From Bacteroidales bacterium (GTDB lineage Bacteria > Bacteroidota > Bacteroidia > Bacteroidales > JAQUTK01), in the NCBI GenBank assembly GCA_028709785.1, contig JAQUTK010000003.1, positions 7,607 to 71,606 on the forward strand: a DNA stretch of 64,000 bases, written 5' to 3'. Shown here in pieces: positions 46,180 through 55,617 of this stretch; position 1 is the first letter of the stretch; the number at the start of each line of letters is the position of its first letter. The notes below the pieces were generated by a model, which was not told the DNA's origin, searched no databases, and saw only the letters and a list, made by a program, of their open reading frames with translations. A program made the position numbers and the translations under genes.

Positions 46180-47193
46180 TTATTTTAATTCCCAGGTTTC
46201 ACCTCCCATTAGAAGCTCGTTCAAAGTGCGTGTTTTTTTATTCTTCTGTACTTCACTAATCTGAGCTTCAACAGACTCATCATAAGATGGTGCTTCTACG
46301 TCGCGAATAACTCCAAGAGCAACAGGGAAATCCGGTCCTTGCATTAATGCCAGTTTCAGGTGAAGGGTATTGTCTGCTGTGTGGGCATCATGTATGAGTA
46401 TGTCTTTTTCTGTAATTCCATTCTCGCCCAATTTTACGACCTTGAGACCAAATCCGTGTTGTATCAATCCTTTTTCATTATTGAGTCCGAATAGCATTGG
46501 TTCGCCTTGTTTTAATTGAATGGCATATTCTGCACGTCCTTCTTTTGTGGAGAGTACACTATGTACTCCATTGTTAAAGATAACACAATTCTGCAGAACT
46601 TCAACTACGGAAGCTCCTTTGTGTCTGGCTGCAGCAGTCAGTACGGAAACTGTTGTAGGTCCGTCTACATCAATGGTGCGGGCAAAGAAACGGCCGCGAG
46701 CGCCAAAAGTAAGTTCGGCGGGACGGAAAGGATCTTCAACAGTTCCATACGGCGAAGATTTTGAAACAAATCCACGGGGAGATGTCGGTGAGTATTGTCC
46801 TTTTGTCAAACCGTAGATCTCGTTATTCAGAAGAATCATATTCAAGTCTATATTTCTACGTATGGCATGTATGAAGTGATTGCCGCCAATTGCAAGTCCG
46901 TCACCATCCCCTGAAATCTGCCACACGGTTAACTTTGGATTGGCCACTTTTAATCCGGTAGCAATTGCTGCTGCTCTACCATGGATGGTATGAAACCCAT
47001 ACGTATTCATATAATAGGGCAGACGTGAAGAGCATCCAATGCCTGAGATTACAGCAGTTTCATGTGGGGCAATTCCCAATTCAGACATTGCTTTATGAAG
47101 ATAGTTGAGGAACGCATGGTCACCGCAACCTGGGCACCAACGTACATATTGATCACTCTTAAAGTCTTGAGGCTTATATTGTAGCTCGCTCAT
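46180..47193 (-). CDS. korB: 2-oxoacid:ferredoxin oxidoreductase beta subunit (TPP-binding)
   Basis: CPGCGDH, TPP motif ISGDGDGLAIGGNH. Follows the alpha subunit with a 2-nt gap. Confidence 0.9.
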   Translation of the reverse strand: MSELQYKPQDFKSDQYVRWCPGCGDHAFLNYLHKAMSELGIAPHETAVISGIGCSSRLPYYMNTYGFHTIHGRAAAIATGLKVANPKLTVWQISGDGDGLAIGGNHFIHAIRRNIDLNMILLNNEIYGLTKGQYSPTSPRGFVSKSSPYGTVEDPFRPAELTFGARGRFFARTIDVDGPTTVSVLTAAARHKGASVVEVLQNCVIFNNGVHSVLSTKEGRAEYAIQLKQGEPMLFGLNNEKGLIQHGFGLKVVKLGENGITEKDILIHDAHTADNTLHLKLALMQGPDFPVALGVIRDVEAPSYDESVEAQISEVQKNKKTRTLNELLMGGETWELK

Positions 47194-47195
47194 TG

Positions 47196-49043
47196 TTATT
47201 CCTCCATCAGTTTAATGAAATGTTTTTTTAATTCATTGACAGCCAGCGGCTGACCCTCCACTTTGTTGAATTGGGTAATTTCCAGTCCAGGAAAGTTCAT
47301 GCGGAGATATCCGGCAAATTGTCCCATATTCTGTTCGCAAACTACAATCTTCTTGTACTTTGATAATACTTCCAGTGTGTTTTTTGGCAGTGGATTGATA
47401 AAATTGAAATGTGCCAGAGCTGTAGGCTTATTTTCCTGGTTGCACTCCTTAACGGCAGAATGTAAGTGTCCGTATGTACCACCCCATCCGACAACAAGTA
47501 ATGAAGCGTCTTCATTTCCTTCTACCTTTAACTCAGGAATACATGTTGCAATATAATCTATTTTAGCCTTACGGGTTTCTGTCATCTTTTGATGGTTGGC
47601 CGGATTGGTAGAGATGGCACTGGTCAAGAAGTCTTTTTCCAAACCACCTATGCGGTGTTCAAATCCTTTTCTTCCCGGAACTGCCCAGTAGCGGACTTTT
47701 GTCTTTGGATCTCTGTTGTAAGGCTTCCAGTTTTCAGTACCTTCGGGTACATAATTGGGCGTTATTTCAGGATAAGAAGTAAGGTCTGGAATTCTCCATG
47801 CCGCCGATCCATTGGCGATGTATCCATCTGTAAGAAGAATCACCGGAGTCATGTGTTCTACTGCTATTTTGGATGCATAGAAAGCCGATTCGAAACAATT
47901 CGTGGGTGAAGTTGCGGCGATGACCACTAACGGACTTTCTCCGTTACGACCATATAGTGCCTGAAGCAAATCTGTTTGTTCGCTTTTAGTCGGAAGTCCG
48001 GTTGAAGGACCACCACGCATTACATCTACAATTACCAATGGTAACTCTGCAATAACCGCTAAGTTGATCGCTTCACTTTTCAGGCAAAGACCCGGGCCGG
48101 AAGTTGTTGTCGCTGCCAAACAGCCTGCAAAACTTGCTCCGATAGCTGTTGAGATACCTGCTATCTCATCTTCTGCCTGAACTGTTTTAACACCTAGAGC
48201 TTTGTGCTTTGATAGCTCGTGTAGTATATCAGTTGCCGGAGTGATTGGGTATGAACCAAGAAATAGCTTTAATCCGGCTCTTTCGGCTGCGGCGATAAGG
48301 CCATACGCAGTAGCTTTGTTGCCGTCAACATCCATATAAAACCCTTTTTTCTGCGTTTCGGATGATTCGACACGGTAAGTCGGTACAGATGCATGTATAT
48401 TATGTCCGTAATTATAACCATCTGTAAGTACTTTGATATTTGCTTCTGCAATGGTTGGTTTTTTTGAGAACTTTTTCTGAAGCATATGCATAGCATGTTC
48501 CAAAGGGCGATTGAAAAGCCAACAGACCAAACCCAATGCAAACATGTTTTTACATCTGATGATGGATTTATTGTCCAAACCACTATCCTTCAGACTCTCT
48601 TTACACATAGAAGTAATAGGAGCATCAATCACTGTATTGCAAATGTGAAGTTCTGCGAAAGGATCATCTGTCACAAACAGCGCCTTTTCCAAGTCTTTTT
48701 TTGTAAAGGAGTCCGTGTCAATAATAATGATAGATTGTGGCGTTGTAAACTTTATGTTCGTTTTTAAAGCAGCAGGATTCATTGCTACTAATACATCGCA
48801 TTTGTCTCCGGATGTATAGACTTTTTTGGTACCGATGTGTACCTGATAGCCGGAAACTCCACTGATTGTACCTTGTGGGGCACGAATTTCTGCCGGATAG
48901 TCGGGGAATGTGGATATATCATTTCCTAAAACTGCGGATACATTGGAAAAGATATTACCTGCCAACTGCATTCCATCTCCAGAGTCACCGGAGAATCTTA
49001 CGACGACATTTTCCAGGTCGATTATACTTAACGCTTCTGCCAT
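47196..49043 (-). CDS. korA: 2-oxoacid:acceptor oxidoreductase alpha subunit (fused gamma/alpha type)
   Basis: 615 aa with the N-terminal POR gamma-like and alpha domains typical of 2-oxoglutarate:ferredoxin oxidoreductases. Confidence 0.9.
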   Translation of the reverse strand: MAEALSIIDLENVVVRFSGDSGDGMQLAGNIFSNVSAVLGNDISTFPDYPAEIRAPQGTISGVSGYQVHIGTKKVYTSGDKCDVLVAMNPAALKTNIKFTTPQSIIIIDTDSFTKKDLEKALFVTDDPFAELHICNTVIDAPITSMCKESLKDSGLDNKSIIRCKNMFALGLVCWLFNRPLEHAMHMLQKKFSKKPTIAEANIKVLTDGYNYGHNIHASVPTYRVESSETQKKGFYMDVDGNKATAYGLIAAAERAGLKLFLGSYPITPATDILHELSKHKALGVKTVQAEDEIAGISTAIGASFAGCLAATTTSGPGLCLKSEAINLAVIAELPLVIVDVMRGGPSTGLPTKSEQTDLLQALYGRNGESPLVVIAATSPTNCFESAFYASKIAVEHMTPVILLTDGYIANGSAAWRIPDLTSYPEITPNYVPEGTENWKPYNRDPKTKVRYWAVPGRKGFEHRIGGLEKDFLTSAISTNPANHQKMTETRKAKIDYIATCIPELKVEGNEDASLLVVGWGGTYGHLHSAVKECNQENKPTALAHFNFINPLPKNTLEVLSKYKKIVVCEQNMGQFAGYLRMNFPGLEITQFNKVEGQPLAVNELKKHFIKLMEE

Positions 49044-49092
49044 AATAATATTTATGTACTAAAATAATAATTCTATCATCTCAAAAGAACGG

Positions 49093-49100
49093 CAAAATTA
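49093..49100 (-). promoter_or_regulatory. Candidate -7 box for korAB
   Basis: Minus strand TAATTTTG, 50 nt upstream of ATG 49043. Confidence 0.5.
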
Positions 49101-49191
49101 CAAAACATATCCTTGAATAACAACAATAAAAAGCAGAACCCTCTGACTTTTTGCAATGTTTATTTTAATTTTGGAAACTACATGTCATAAA

Positions 49192-49737
49192 TTAGCCCAT
49201 TCCCCCTTTCCAAGCGCACACTTTTGTTTGAAGAGATTCTGACATTCTGGCAAGATCCTCTTTCTTGTACATGTCTTTCCCATCAATCGTGAGATGTGAC
49301 TTTAGATAATAAGGAAGTCTTACTTGAAGCTTTTCTTCAATATATTCCCGGATCTCTTCTTTATTTTTGTCTTTCAGTAGTGGACGTTTGCTTTTCGCTT
49401 TCTCAAGTCTGATTGTTAGTTCGGGAACAGAAACATTGATAAAGATTGTCAATCCACGTGAATTCATGTAGTCCATGTTGTCAAAGAAACAGGGGGTACC
49501 TCCTCCCGTAGCAATGATTACATCTTCAATCTCAGAAACTTCTTTCAGGGCTTTTTGTTCAATGAGACGAAAACCTTCTTCTCCTGAATCTTCAAAAATC
49601 TGATTAATGGTTTTGAAGTATCGTCCTTCAATGTAATGATCAAGATCAATAAACGAATATCCGTATTCTTTGGCGAAAAAACGTCCTAATGTTGTTTTGC
49701 CTGATCCCATAAATCCAGTCAAGAATATGCGTTGCAT
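49192..49737 (-). CDS. aroK: Shikimate kinase
   Basis: Walker A GFMGSGKTT, DLD, GGGTP. Confidence 0.85.
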   Translation of the reverse strand: MQRIFLTGFMGSGKTTLGRFFAKEYGYSFIDLDHYIEGRYFKTINQIFEDSGEEGFRLIEQKALKEVSEIEDVIIATGGGTPCFFDNMDYMNSRGLTIFINVSVPELTIRLEKAKSKRPLLKDKNKEEIREYIEEKLQVRLPYYLKSHLTIDGKDMYKKEDLARMSESLQTKVCAWKGGMG

Positions 49738-49765
49738 AGTTTGCTCATAAATAATTTAATAGCTG

Positions 49766-49773
49766 CAAAATTA
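49766..49773 (-). promoter_or_regulatory. Candidate -7 box for aroK
   Basis: Minus strand TAATTTTG, 29 nt upstream of ATG 49737. Confidence 0.5.
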
Positions 49774-49794
49774 CGACAAATAACAAAGATATCT

Positions 49795-49802
49795 TACTTT
49801 TG
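49795..49802 (+). promoter_or_regulatory. Candidate -7 box for the marC-rnhA unit
   Basis: TACTTTTG, 34 nt upstream of ATG 49836. Confidence 0.5.
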
Positions 49803-49835
49803 CGTTTGTTTTGTCAAACTTAATGAAGAAAAACT

Positions 49836-50435
49836 ATGCCATTCCAGTTTAATTTCCAGGAAACAATAAGTGCTTTTGTTATCTTATTTGCTGTAATTGA
49901 TATTGTCGGATCCATCCCGGTGATTCTGACGCTGAAGGAAAAAACGCACGATTGTATTCATGCAGGTAAAGCAGCCTTGTATTCGCTGATAACCTTCCTC
50001 CTTTTCTTATTCATGGGAAACATCATCCTTGCTCTTTTTAATGTTGATATTTCATCTTTTGCAGTTGCAGGTGCTTTGGTCGTTTTTGTTGTTGGAGTTG
50101 AAATGACTTTTGGAGTGGAGATCTTTAAATTTGATGGACCGGATGGTTCTGCGACGCTGGTTCCTTTGGTTTTTCCGCTGATTGCCGGTGCTGCTTCGTT
50201 TACTACTCTTCTGTCATTACGGGCGGAATATAATCTGCTTAATATTCTGATCGCATTATTTCTTAATATAGCAGTAATTTATTTGGTAATCAGATATGTA
50301 CATGTTATTGAGAGAATTGTTGGAAAGGTGGGGATTTATATCCTTCGAAAGTTCTCCGGAATAGTATTGCTTGCCATTGCTGTCAAATTATTTACATCTA
50401 ATTTGGCTGTCTTGCTGGACTCCCTTCACAAATAA
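49836..50435 (+). CDS. MarC family integral membrane protein
   Basis: 199 aa with six TM segments; N-terminal FVILFAVIDIVGSIPV is typical of MarC/UPF0056. Confidence 0.8.
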   Translation: MPFQFNFQETISAFVILFAVIDIVGSIPVILTLKEKTHDCIHAGKAALYSLITFLLFLFMGNIILALFNVDISSFAVAGALVVFVVGVEMTFGVEIFKFDGPDGSATLVPLVFPLIAGAASFTTLLSLRAEYNLLNILIALFLNIAVIYLVIRYVHVIERIVGKVGIYILRKFSGIVLLAIAVKLFTSNLAVLLDSLHK

Positions 50436-50443
50436 GAATACAA

Positions 50444-51061
50444 ATGAAAAGAAAGTATTATGTGGTGTGGAATGGTAATTGCCCCGGAATCTATGATACG
50501 TGGGAGGAGTGTAAACGACAGACTACCGGATTCCCTAATGCACATTATCGTGCTTTTCCGTCGAGAGAAGAGGCCGAAGATGCTTTTCAAGAAGGATATT
50601 CATATCCAAATAAAAAAGAAAAGGAGCAACGATCAGGCAATCATATCTTGATATTGCCAATAAAGGAAAGTATTGCCGTGGATGCGGCATGCAGTGGAAA
50701 TCCCGGAAAAATGGAATATCGTGGGGTGTATGTCGCTGATGGTCGCGAACTGTTTCATATCGGTCCATTTGAAGAGGGAACGAATAATATCGGTGAATTT
50801 TTAGCATTGGTTCATGCGCTGGCTTTTTTGAAAAAGGCAAATTCAAAACTCCCTGTTTATTCCGACAGTCGAAATGCGATTGCGTGGGTGAATCACAAGA
50901 AGTGCAATACCAATCTGAAGCAAACCAGTCGAAACAGAAATGTGTTTGATTTGATAGAACGTGCTGAGAAATGGTTGGCAGAGAATGATTATCAGACAAG
51001 AATTATGAAGTGGGAAACTACTGTTTGGGGAGAGATTCCTGCGGATTTTGGGCGGAAATAA
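50444..51061 (+). CDS. rnhA: Ribonuclease H1-type protein (N-terminal hybrid-binding domain + RNase H domain)
   Basis: N-terminus YYVVWNGNCPGIYDTWEECKRQTTGFPNAHYRAFPSREEAEDAF (HBD/viroplasmin-like). RNase H core AVDAACSGNPG ... NNIGEFLALVHAL ... YSDS. Confidence 0.8.
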   Translation: MKRKYYVVWNGNCPGIYDTWEECKRQTTGFPNAHYRAFPSREEAEDAFQEGYSYPNKKEKEQRSGNHILILPIKESIAVDAACSGNPGKMEYRGVYVADGRELFHIGPFEEGTNNIGEFLALVHALAFLKKANSKLPVYSDSRNAIAWVNHKKCNTNLKQTSRNRNVFDLIERAEKWLAENDYQTRIMKWETTVWGEIPADFGRK

Positions 51062-52079
51062 CGGTCATCACTTTCTGAACGACAGTCTCGGGAGCAATCG
51101 AATTCAGACATGCGTAGTCGTGACGGAAACAGGGCTTGTTCCCGAAAATAGAGCAGGGACGACATGCGAGGTCTATCTGAATAGCATTGGAAGGGTCTTG
51201 ATTAATGCCATAAAAGCCGGCATAAGGGTGCGTTGCTCCCCAAATTGAGACGACCGGAGTACCGACAAGTGAAGCAAGATGCATATTGGCAGAATCCATC
51301 GCGAGCATTAGATCCAACTGGCTCATCAAAAGTAGTTCGCTATCCATATTGAGCAATCCTGCAACTGACCGGGTGTTGGGATATTTGTTTGCCCATCCTT
51401 TCAGAGCCTCACATTCTTTTTCTCCTCCACCGAAGAGAAACACTGTTACACCTTGTTGGTTGCAGAGAGCAGAAATAACCTGTTCCATCTTTTCCAGCGG
51501 ATATATCTTTCCTGTATGTCTGGCAAACGGAGCGATTCCAATCCATTTGCCGCTTTTTTCTCCGGTCAATAGTTTGATTGGAGAAAGATCTTCCGTTGTT
51601 TTATGTATGATGGACGTAAATGAGAGTGTGACAGGATAACCCAACTGTTCAAATACCTCCTGATATCTGGTGATTGAATGTTTTAGCTGAACAAACTTCT
51701 TGAAGTGCATACTTGTCAGTTCGTCTTTCTGCTTTCTTCCCTTATGAATATAAGCTACTTTTTTCCCGGCGCAAAAGAAGATAGATCGTAACACCGCTGA
51801 ACGCAGTACATTATGAATATCGGCAATCTTGTCAAAATGATCATTTCGTAGCTCTGAGAACAAACGGAATAACCCTTTCCATCCGGAATGCCTTCCTTCT
51901 GTGTCACACTCCTTGAATGTGACATTAGAAGGCATATTCCTGAAAAGAGGCTGAAGCTTACTCTTTGAAAGAAACACAAACTCATCTTTAGGATACTGTG
52001 TAGCCAGAGAGTAACATAGGGGAATTGCTATGGCTACGTCACCTATAGCAGAAAGCCTGATGATTAAGACTTTTGACAT
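51018..52079 (-). CDS. Glycosyltransferase family 9 (LPS heptosyltransferase-like)
   Basis: KVLIIRLSAIGDV N-terminus and a C-terminal GT-B region (DSANMHLASLVGTPVVSIWG). Confidence 0.8.
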   Translation of the reverse strand: MSKVLIIRLSAIGDVAIAIPLCYSLATQYPKDEFVFLSKSKLQPLFRNMPSNVTFKECDTEGRHSGWKGLFRLFSELRNDHFDKIADIHNVLRSAVLRSIFFCAGKKVAYIHKGRKQKDELTSMHFKKFVQLKHSITRYQEVFEQLGYPVTLSFTSIIHKTTEDLSPIKLLTGEKSGKWIGIAPFARHTGKIYPLEKMEQVISALCNQQGVTVFLFGGGEKECEALKGWANKYPNTRSVAGLLNMDSELLLMSQLDLMLAMDSANMHLASLVGTPVVSIWGATHPYAGFYGINQDPSNAIQIDLACRPCSIFGNKPCFRHDYACLNSIAPETVVQKVMTVISAQNPQESLPKQ

Positions 52080-52088
52080 TAGGCTTGT

Positions 52089-52694
52089 TTACTTGTTACC
52101 GTATAGAACAGGATTCAACGAAGGGTCATTATACATTTTCATCTGTTTGTACACCTTCATGTATTTAACTCCGTTTTCGATGTCTTCTAAAAGCTGATCT
52201 ATTGCAGAAGATAGGTCTTTCTTCTGTTCTAACAGTATATTTAGTTTTTCCTGACATTTGTTGATGTGAGTTTCATCCACATCCATCCTTTTAACTTCCT
52301 GGCGCATGTGATAAATTTTAAGTGCCAGAATAGATAATCTGTCAATAGCCCACGCCGGACTTTCCGTATTAATTGTCGCATTATCGGCAGGCTTCACATC
52401 TTTATATTTGTCCCAGAAGTAGCTGTCCAGTAATTCCACCAGATCCGTTCTTTCCTGATTGGAGGCATCGATGCGACGTTTAAGAGTCAGAGCTGCTACC
52501 GGATCAATCAGAGGATCGCGGATGATGTCTTCGAAATGCCATTGAACGGCATCAATCCAATTTTTAAGAAAGAGATAATATTCAATTGTTTTTACCGGAT
52601 AAGGATTAACCATTTTAGCATCCACATTATCCATAGTGTGATAGTACTCCGTGCAAGCAGTAAATATATTATTACTCAGTTCGCTAAACTTCAT
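52089..52694 (-). CDS. DUF4254 domain protein
   Basis: ATG 52694 (MKFSELSNNIF...) preferred because a -7 box lies at 52736-52743 inside the longer ORF. From memory, this family usually sits beside GT9 genes in Bacteroidota. Confidence 0.6.
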   Translation of the reverse strand: MKFSELSNNIFTACTEYYHTMDNVDAKMVNPYPVKTIEYYLFLKNWIDAVQWHFEDIIRDPLIDPVAALTLKRRIDASNQERTDLVELLDSYFWDKYKDVKPADNATINTESPAWAIDRLSILALKIYHMRQEVKRMDVDETHINKCQEKLNILLEQKKDLSSAIDQLLEDIENGVKYMKVYKQMKMYNDPSLNPVLYGNK

Positions 52695-52735
52695 TTTGTA
52701 TTCGTGTTTAATTAGAAATAGGATACAGTAAACCG

Positions 52736-52743
52736 CAAATTTA
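52736..52743 (-). promoter_or_regulatory. Candidate -7 box for the DUF4254-GT9 unit
   Basis: Minus strand TAAATTTG, 42 nt upstream of ATG 52694. Confidence 0.45.
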
Positions 52744-52796
52744 AAATAGTATTTGCCAATTACCAAAGAAATAACGAGCTAAATCGGATTAATGTG

Positions 52797-52804
52797 TATT
52801 TTTG
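52797..52804 (+). promoter_or_regulatory. Candidate -7 box for pdxB
   Basis: TATTTTTG, 20 nt upstream of ATG 52824. Confidence 0.55.
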
Positions 52805-52823
52805 CATATAGTTTAAATGGAGA

Positions 52824-53924
52824 ATGAAACCACTTATTGTAATCGATGAACACATACCTTATATAAAAGGTCTGTTGGAAGAAGTAGCTTCCATAATTTA
52901 TATGCCCGGAAGACAAATTACAGCGGCTGTTGTAAAAGATGCAGATGCGCTGATCATTCGTACGCGAACAAAATGCGACGCTTCTTTGCTGGAAGGAAGT
53001 CGTGTCCGCTTTATCGCCACAGCTACGATTGGTTATGATCACATTGATGTTTCATACTGTGCACGAAAAGGTATCTGCTGGACCAATGCGCCGGGATGCA
53101 ATTCATCTTCGGTAAGGCAATATGTATTGGCTGCCTTATTGCTTTATTCGCGTGAAAAGTCATATTGCTTATCCGGAAAGGTACTTGGAATTATCGGTGT
53201 TGGACATGTAGGAAAGAAGGTTGCGGAAGTTGCCACCCTTCTCGGGATGAAAGTGCTATTGAATGATCCTCCACGATCAGACGCAGAGGGGCAGAAAGGT
53301 TTCACAGATCTGCAAACAATAGCTGCTGAAGCGGATATCATATCCATTCATACACCCTTGATTCATAGTGGAACTTATCCGACCTATCATTTGCTCGATG
53401 CTGCATTTTTTGACTCCATACAGCGTCAACCGCTTATTATCAATACTTCTCGTGGGGAGTCGATAGCTACCGATGCGCTCAAAAATGCATATATCAATAA
53501 GCGTATATCTGATATGATCATTGATTGTTGGGAAAACGAACCATTCCCTGATCCATTTGTTTTGGAACATGCATTTATCGCAACGCCGCATATTGCAGGT
53601 TATTCTGTCGAAGGAAAGGTAAACGGTACCCTGATGTGTCTGGATGCTCTGTACCGTTTTTTTGAGATAAGTACTCCTCGTCCTGAAATTCTCCTCCCGA
53701 AACCTTTTGATCCGGTCATTGATTATCATTCTCTTACTCAAGTTATATTTCGTACATACAATCCTTTTTTGGAAAGTATGCGTTTGAAACGAAGTCCGGG
53801 CGATTTTGAAACTATGCGCGAAAATTACGCATTCCGAAGAGAACCTTTTGGTTACAATGTAAAGAATGTACCTTTTTTCGACCGTCTTCTTCTCCAATCT
53901 GTCGGGTTTACAATCAACGAGTGA
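52824..53924 (+). CDS. pdxB: 4-phosphoerythronate dehydrogenase
   Basis: D-2-hydroxyacid dehydrogenase NAD motif GIIGVGHVG, plus the PdxB-type length and C-terminal dimerisation region. Confidence 0.85.
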   Translation: MKPLIVIDEHIPYIKGLLEEVASIIYMPGRQITAAVVKDADALIIRTRTKCDASLLEGSRVRFIATATIGYDHIDVSYCARKGICWTNAPGCNSSSVRQYVLAALLLYSREKSYCLSGKVLGIIGVGHVGKKVAEVATLLGMKVLLNDPPRSDAEGQKGFTDLQTIAAEADIISIHTPLIHSGTYPTYHLLDAAFFDSIQRQPLIINTSRGESIATDALKNAYINKRISDMIIDCWENEPFPDPFVLEHAFIATPHIAGYSVEGKVNGTLMCLDALYRFFEISTPRPEILLPKPFDPVIDYHSLTQVIFRTYNPFLESMRLKRSPGDFETMRENYAFRREPFGYNVKNVPFFDRLLLQSVGFTINE

Positions 53925-54107
53925 GAATGGATGAGTTTTGCGGGAAAAGAGTCGAGATTTCCCTCCTTTTTGCACAATAAGAATAAAAGTGTGCACGAAG
54001 AATGCTTTTTATCGGAAAAAAGTTGCGTATATTCGAGAAATTGTAGTTCCTTTGCAGTCAAATTTATATTCAAAGTCAATCAATTAATAATTTTAAAAAT
54101 TTAAATC

Positions 54108-54344
54108 ATGGCTGAAATTGCATCTAGAGTAAAAGCGATTATCGTTGATAAGTTGGGAGTTGAAGAGTCAGAAGTAACACCGGAAGCAAGCTTTGCAAGT
54201 GATCTGGGAGCAGACTCTTTGGATACTGTTGAGTTGATAATGGAATTTGAAAAAGAGTTCGGTATTTCAATTCCTGATGATCAGGCTGAGAAGATTGGCA
54301 CAGTTGGTGCAGCTATCTCTTATATCGAAGCGAACGCAAAATAA
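54108..54344 (+). CDS. acpP: Acyl carrier protein
   Basis: 78 aa with the phosphopantetheine site [13 protein letters not shown]. Confidence 0.95.
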   Translation: MAEIASRVKAIIVDKLGVEESEVTPEASFASDLGADSLDTVELIMEFEKEFGISIPDDQAEKIGTVGAAISYIEANAK

Positions 54345-54361
54345 TCATCTAATTTGATTAT

Positions 54362-55615
54362 ATGACTTTAAAAAGAGTAGTAGTAACGGGTCTTGGAGCA
54401 GTTACTCCATTAGGTTTGAATGTTGAAGAGACATGGAATAGCCTGATCAATGGAGTAAGTGGTGCAGGGCCCATTACTTTGTTTGATGCTTCTAAGTTCA
54501 AGACACAATTCGCTTGTGAGGTAAAGGGATTGGATATTAACAAATACCTGGACCGTAAAGAAGCCCGCAAATTTGACAGATACGCTCAGTTTGCGATTGT
54601 ATCTGCTGCAGAAGCTATCGAAGATTCGGCTTTGTCTTTGGAAACGGAAGATTTGGACAGAATTGGAGTAATATTCTCAGCAGGTATCGGAGGAATCAAA
54701 ACGTTTGAGGAAGAGGTTATGGCGTATGATCCGGAAGTCGGACCACGATTCAATCCCTTCTTTATTCCAAAGATGATTTCCGATATTGCAGCGGGACAGA
54801 TTTCTATCAAATATGGATTCAGGGGTCCTAACTTCGGAACCACATCCGCATGTGCATCTTCGACTCATGGAGCCGGTGTTGCTTTTGATATGATACGTCT
54901 TGGAAAGGCTGAAGTAATGGTTACAGGTGGTTCTGAGGCTTCAATTACAGCTTCCGGAATGGGTGGATTTAATGCAATGCATGCTATATCCACCAGAAAT
55001 GATGATCCGGCAGGAGCTTCACGTCCTTTCAGTAAGTCCAGAGATGGATTTGTAATGAGTGAAGGAAGTGCTTGTCTGGTGTTTGAAGAATTAGAACATG
55101 CGTTGGCTCGGGGAGCTAAGATTTATGCTGAGGTCGTTGGAGCTGGTGCTTCTGCGGATGCATATCACCTTACCGCTTCTCATCCAGAGGGATTAGGCGC
55201 AAAACTGGTCATGTTAAACGCATTAAAAGACGCAGGAATGAAGCCTGAAGAGATTGATTATATCAATGTTCATGGTACTTCAACTCCGGTTGGAGATATA
55301 TCCGAATCAGCTGCAGTCAAGGAAGTGTTTGGAGACCATGCCTATAAATTGAATATTAGTTCAACAAAATCGATGAGCGGTCATATGCTTGGAGCAGCCG
55401 GTGCTTTTGAAACCATGGTTTGCGTTCTGGCAGTATCAAATGATATTGTTCCTCCTACGATCAATCATCAAGAAGATGATCAGGATCCGGAAATCGATTA
55501 CAATCTGAACTTTACTTTCAACAAAGCTCAAAAACGGGTTGTGAATGCAGCCTTGTCCAATACCTTTGGATTTGGGGGGCATAATGGAAGTATTATCGTG
55601 AAGAAGTATTTATAA
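54362..55615 (+). CDS. fabF: Beta-ketoacyl-ACP synthase II
   Basis: Active-site TSACASS, HGTSTP, SGHMLGAAG, and FGFGGHN near the end. Confidence 0.95.
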   Translation: MTLKRVVVTGLGAVTPLGLNVEETWNSLINGVSGAGPITLFDASKFKTQFACEVKGLDINKYLDRKEARKFDRYAQFAIVSAAEAIEDSALSLETEDLDRIGVIFSAGIGGIKTFEEEVMAYDPEVGPRFNPFFIPKMISDIAAGQISIKYGFRGPNFGTTSACASSTHGAGVAFDMIRLGKAEVMVTGGSEASITASGMGGFNAMHAISTRNDDPAGASRPFSKSRDGFVMSEGSACLVFEELEHALARGAKIYAEVVGAGASADAYHLTASHPEGLGAKLVMLNALKDAGMKPEEIDYINVHGTSTPVGDISESAAVKEVFGDHAYKLNISSTKSMSGHMLGAAGAFETMVCVLAVSNDIVPPTINHQEDDQDPEIDYNLNFTFNKAQKRVVNAALSNTFGFGGHNGSIIVKKYL

Positions 55616-55617
55616 GA

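Noticed and set aside
53277-53996. 239-aa ORF antisense to pdxB
   Set aside because: Same reasoning. pdxB is intact with an NAD-binding motif, and the antisense translation is low-information (rich in R, K, I and F) with no signals.
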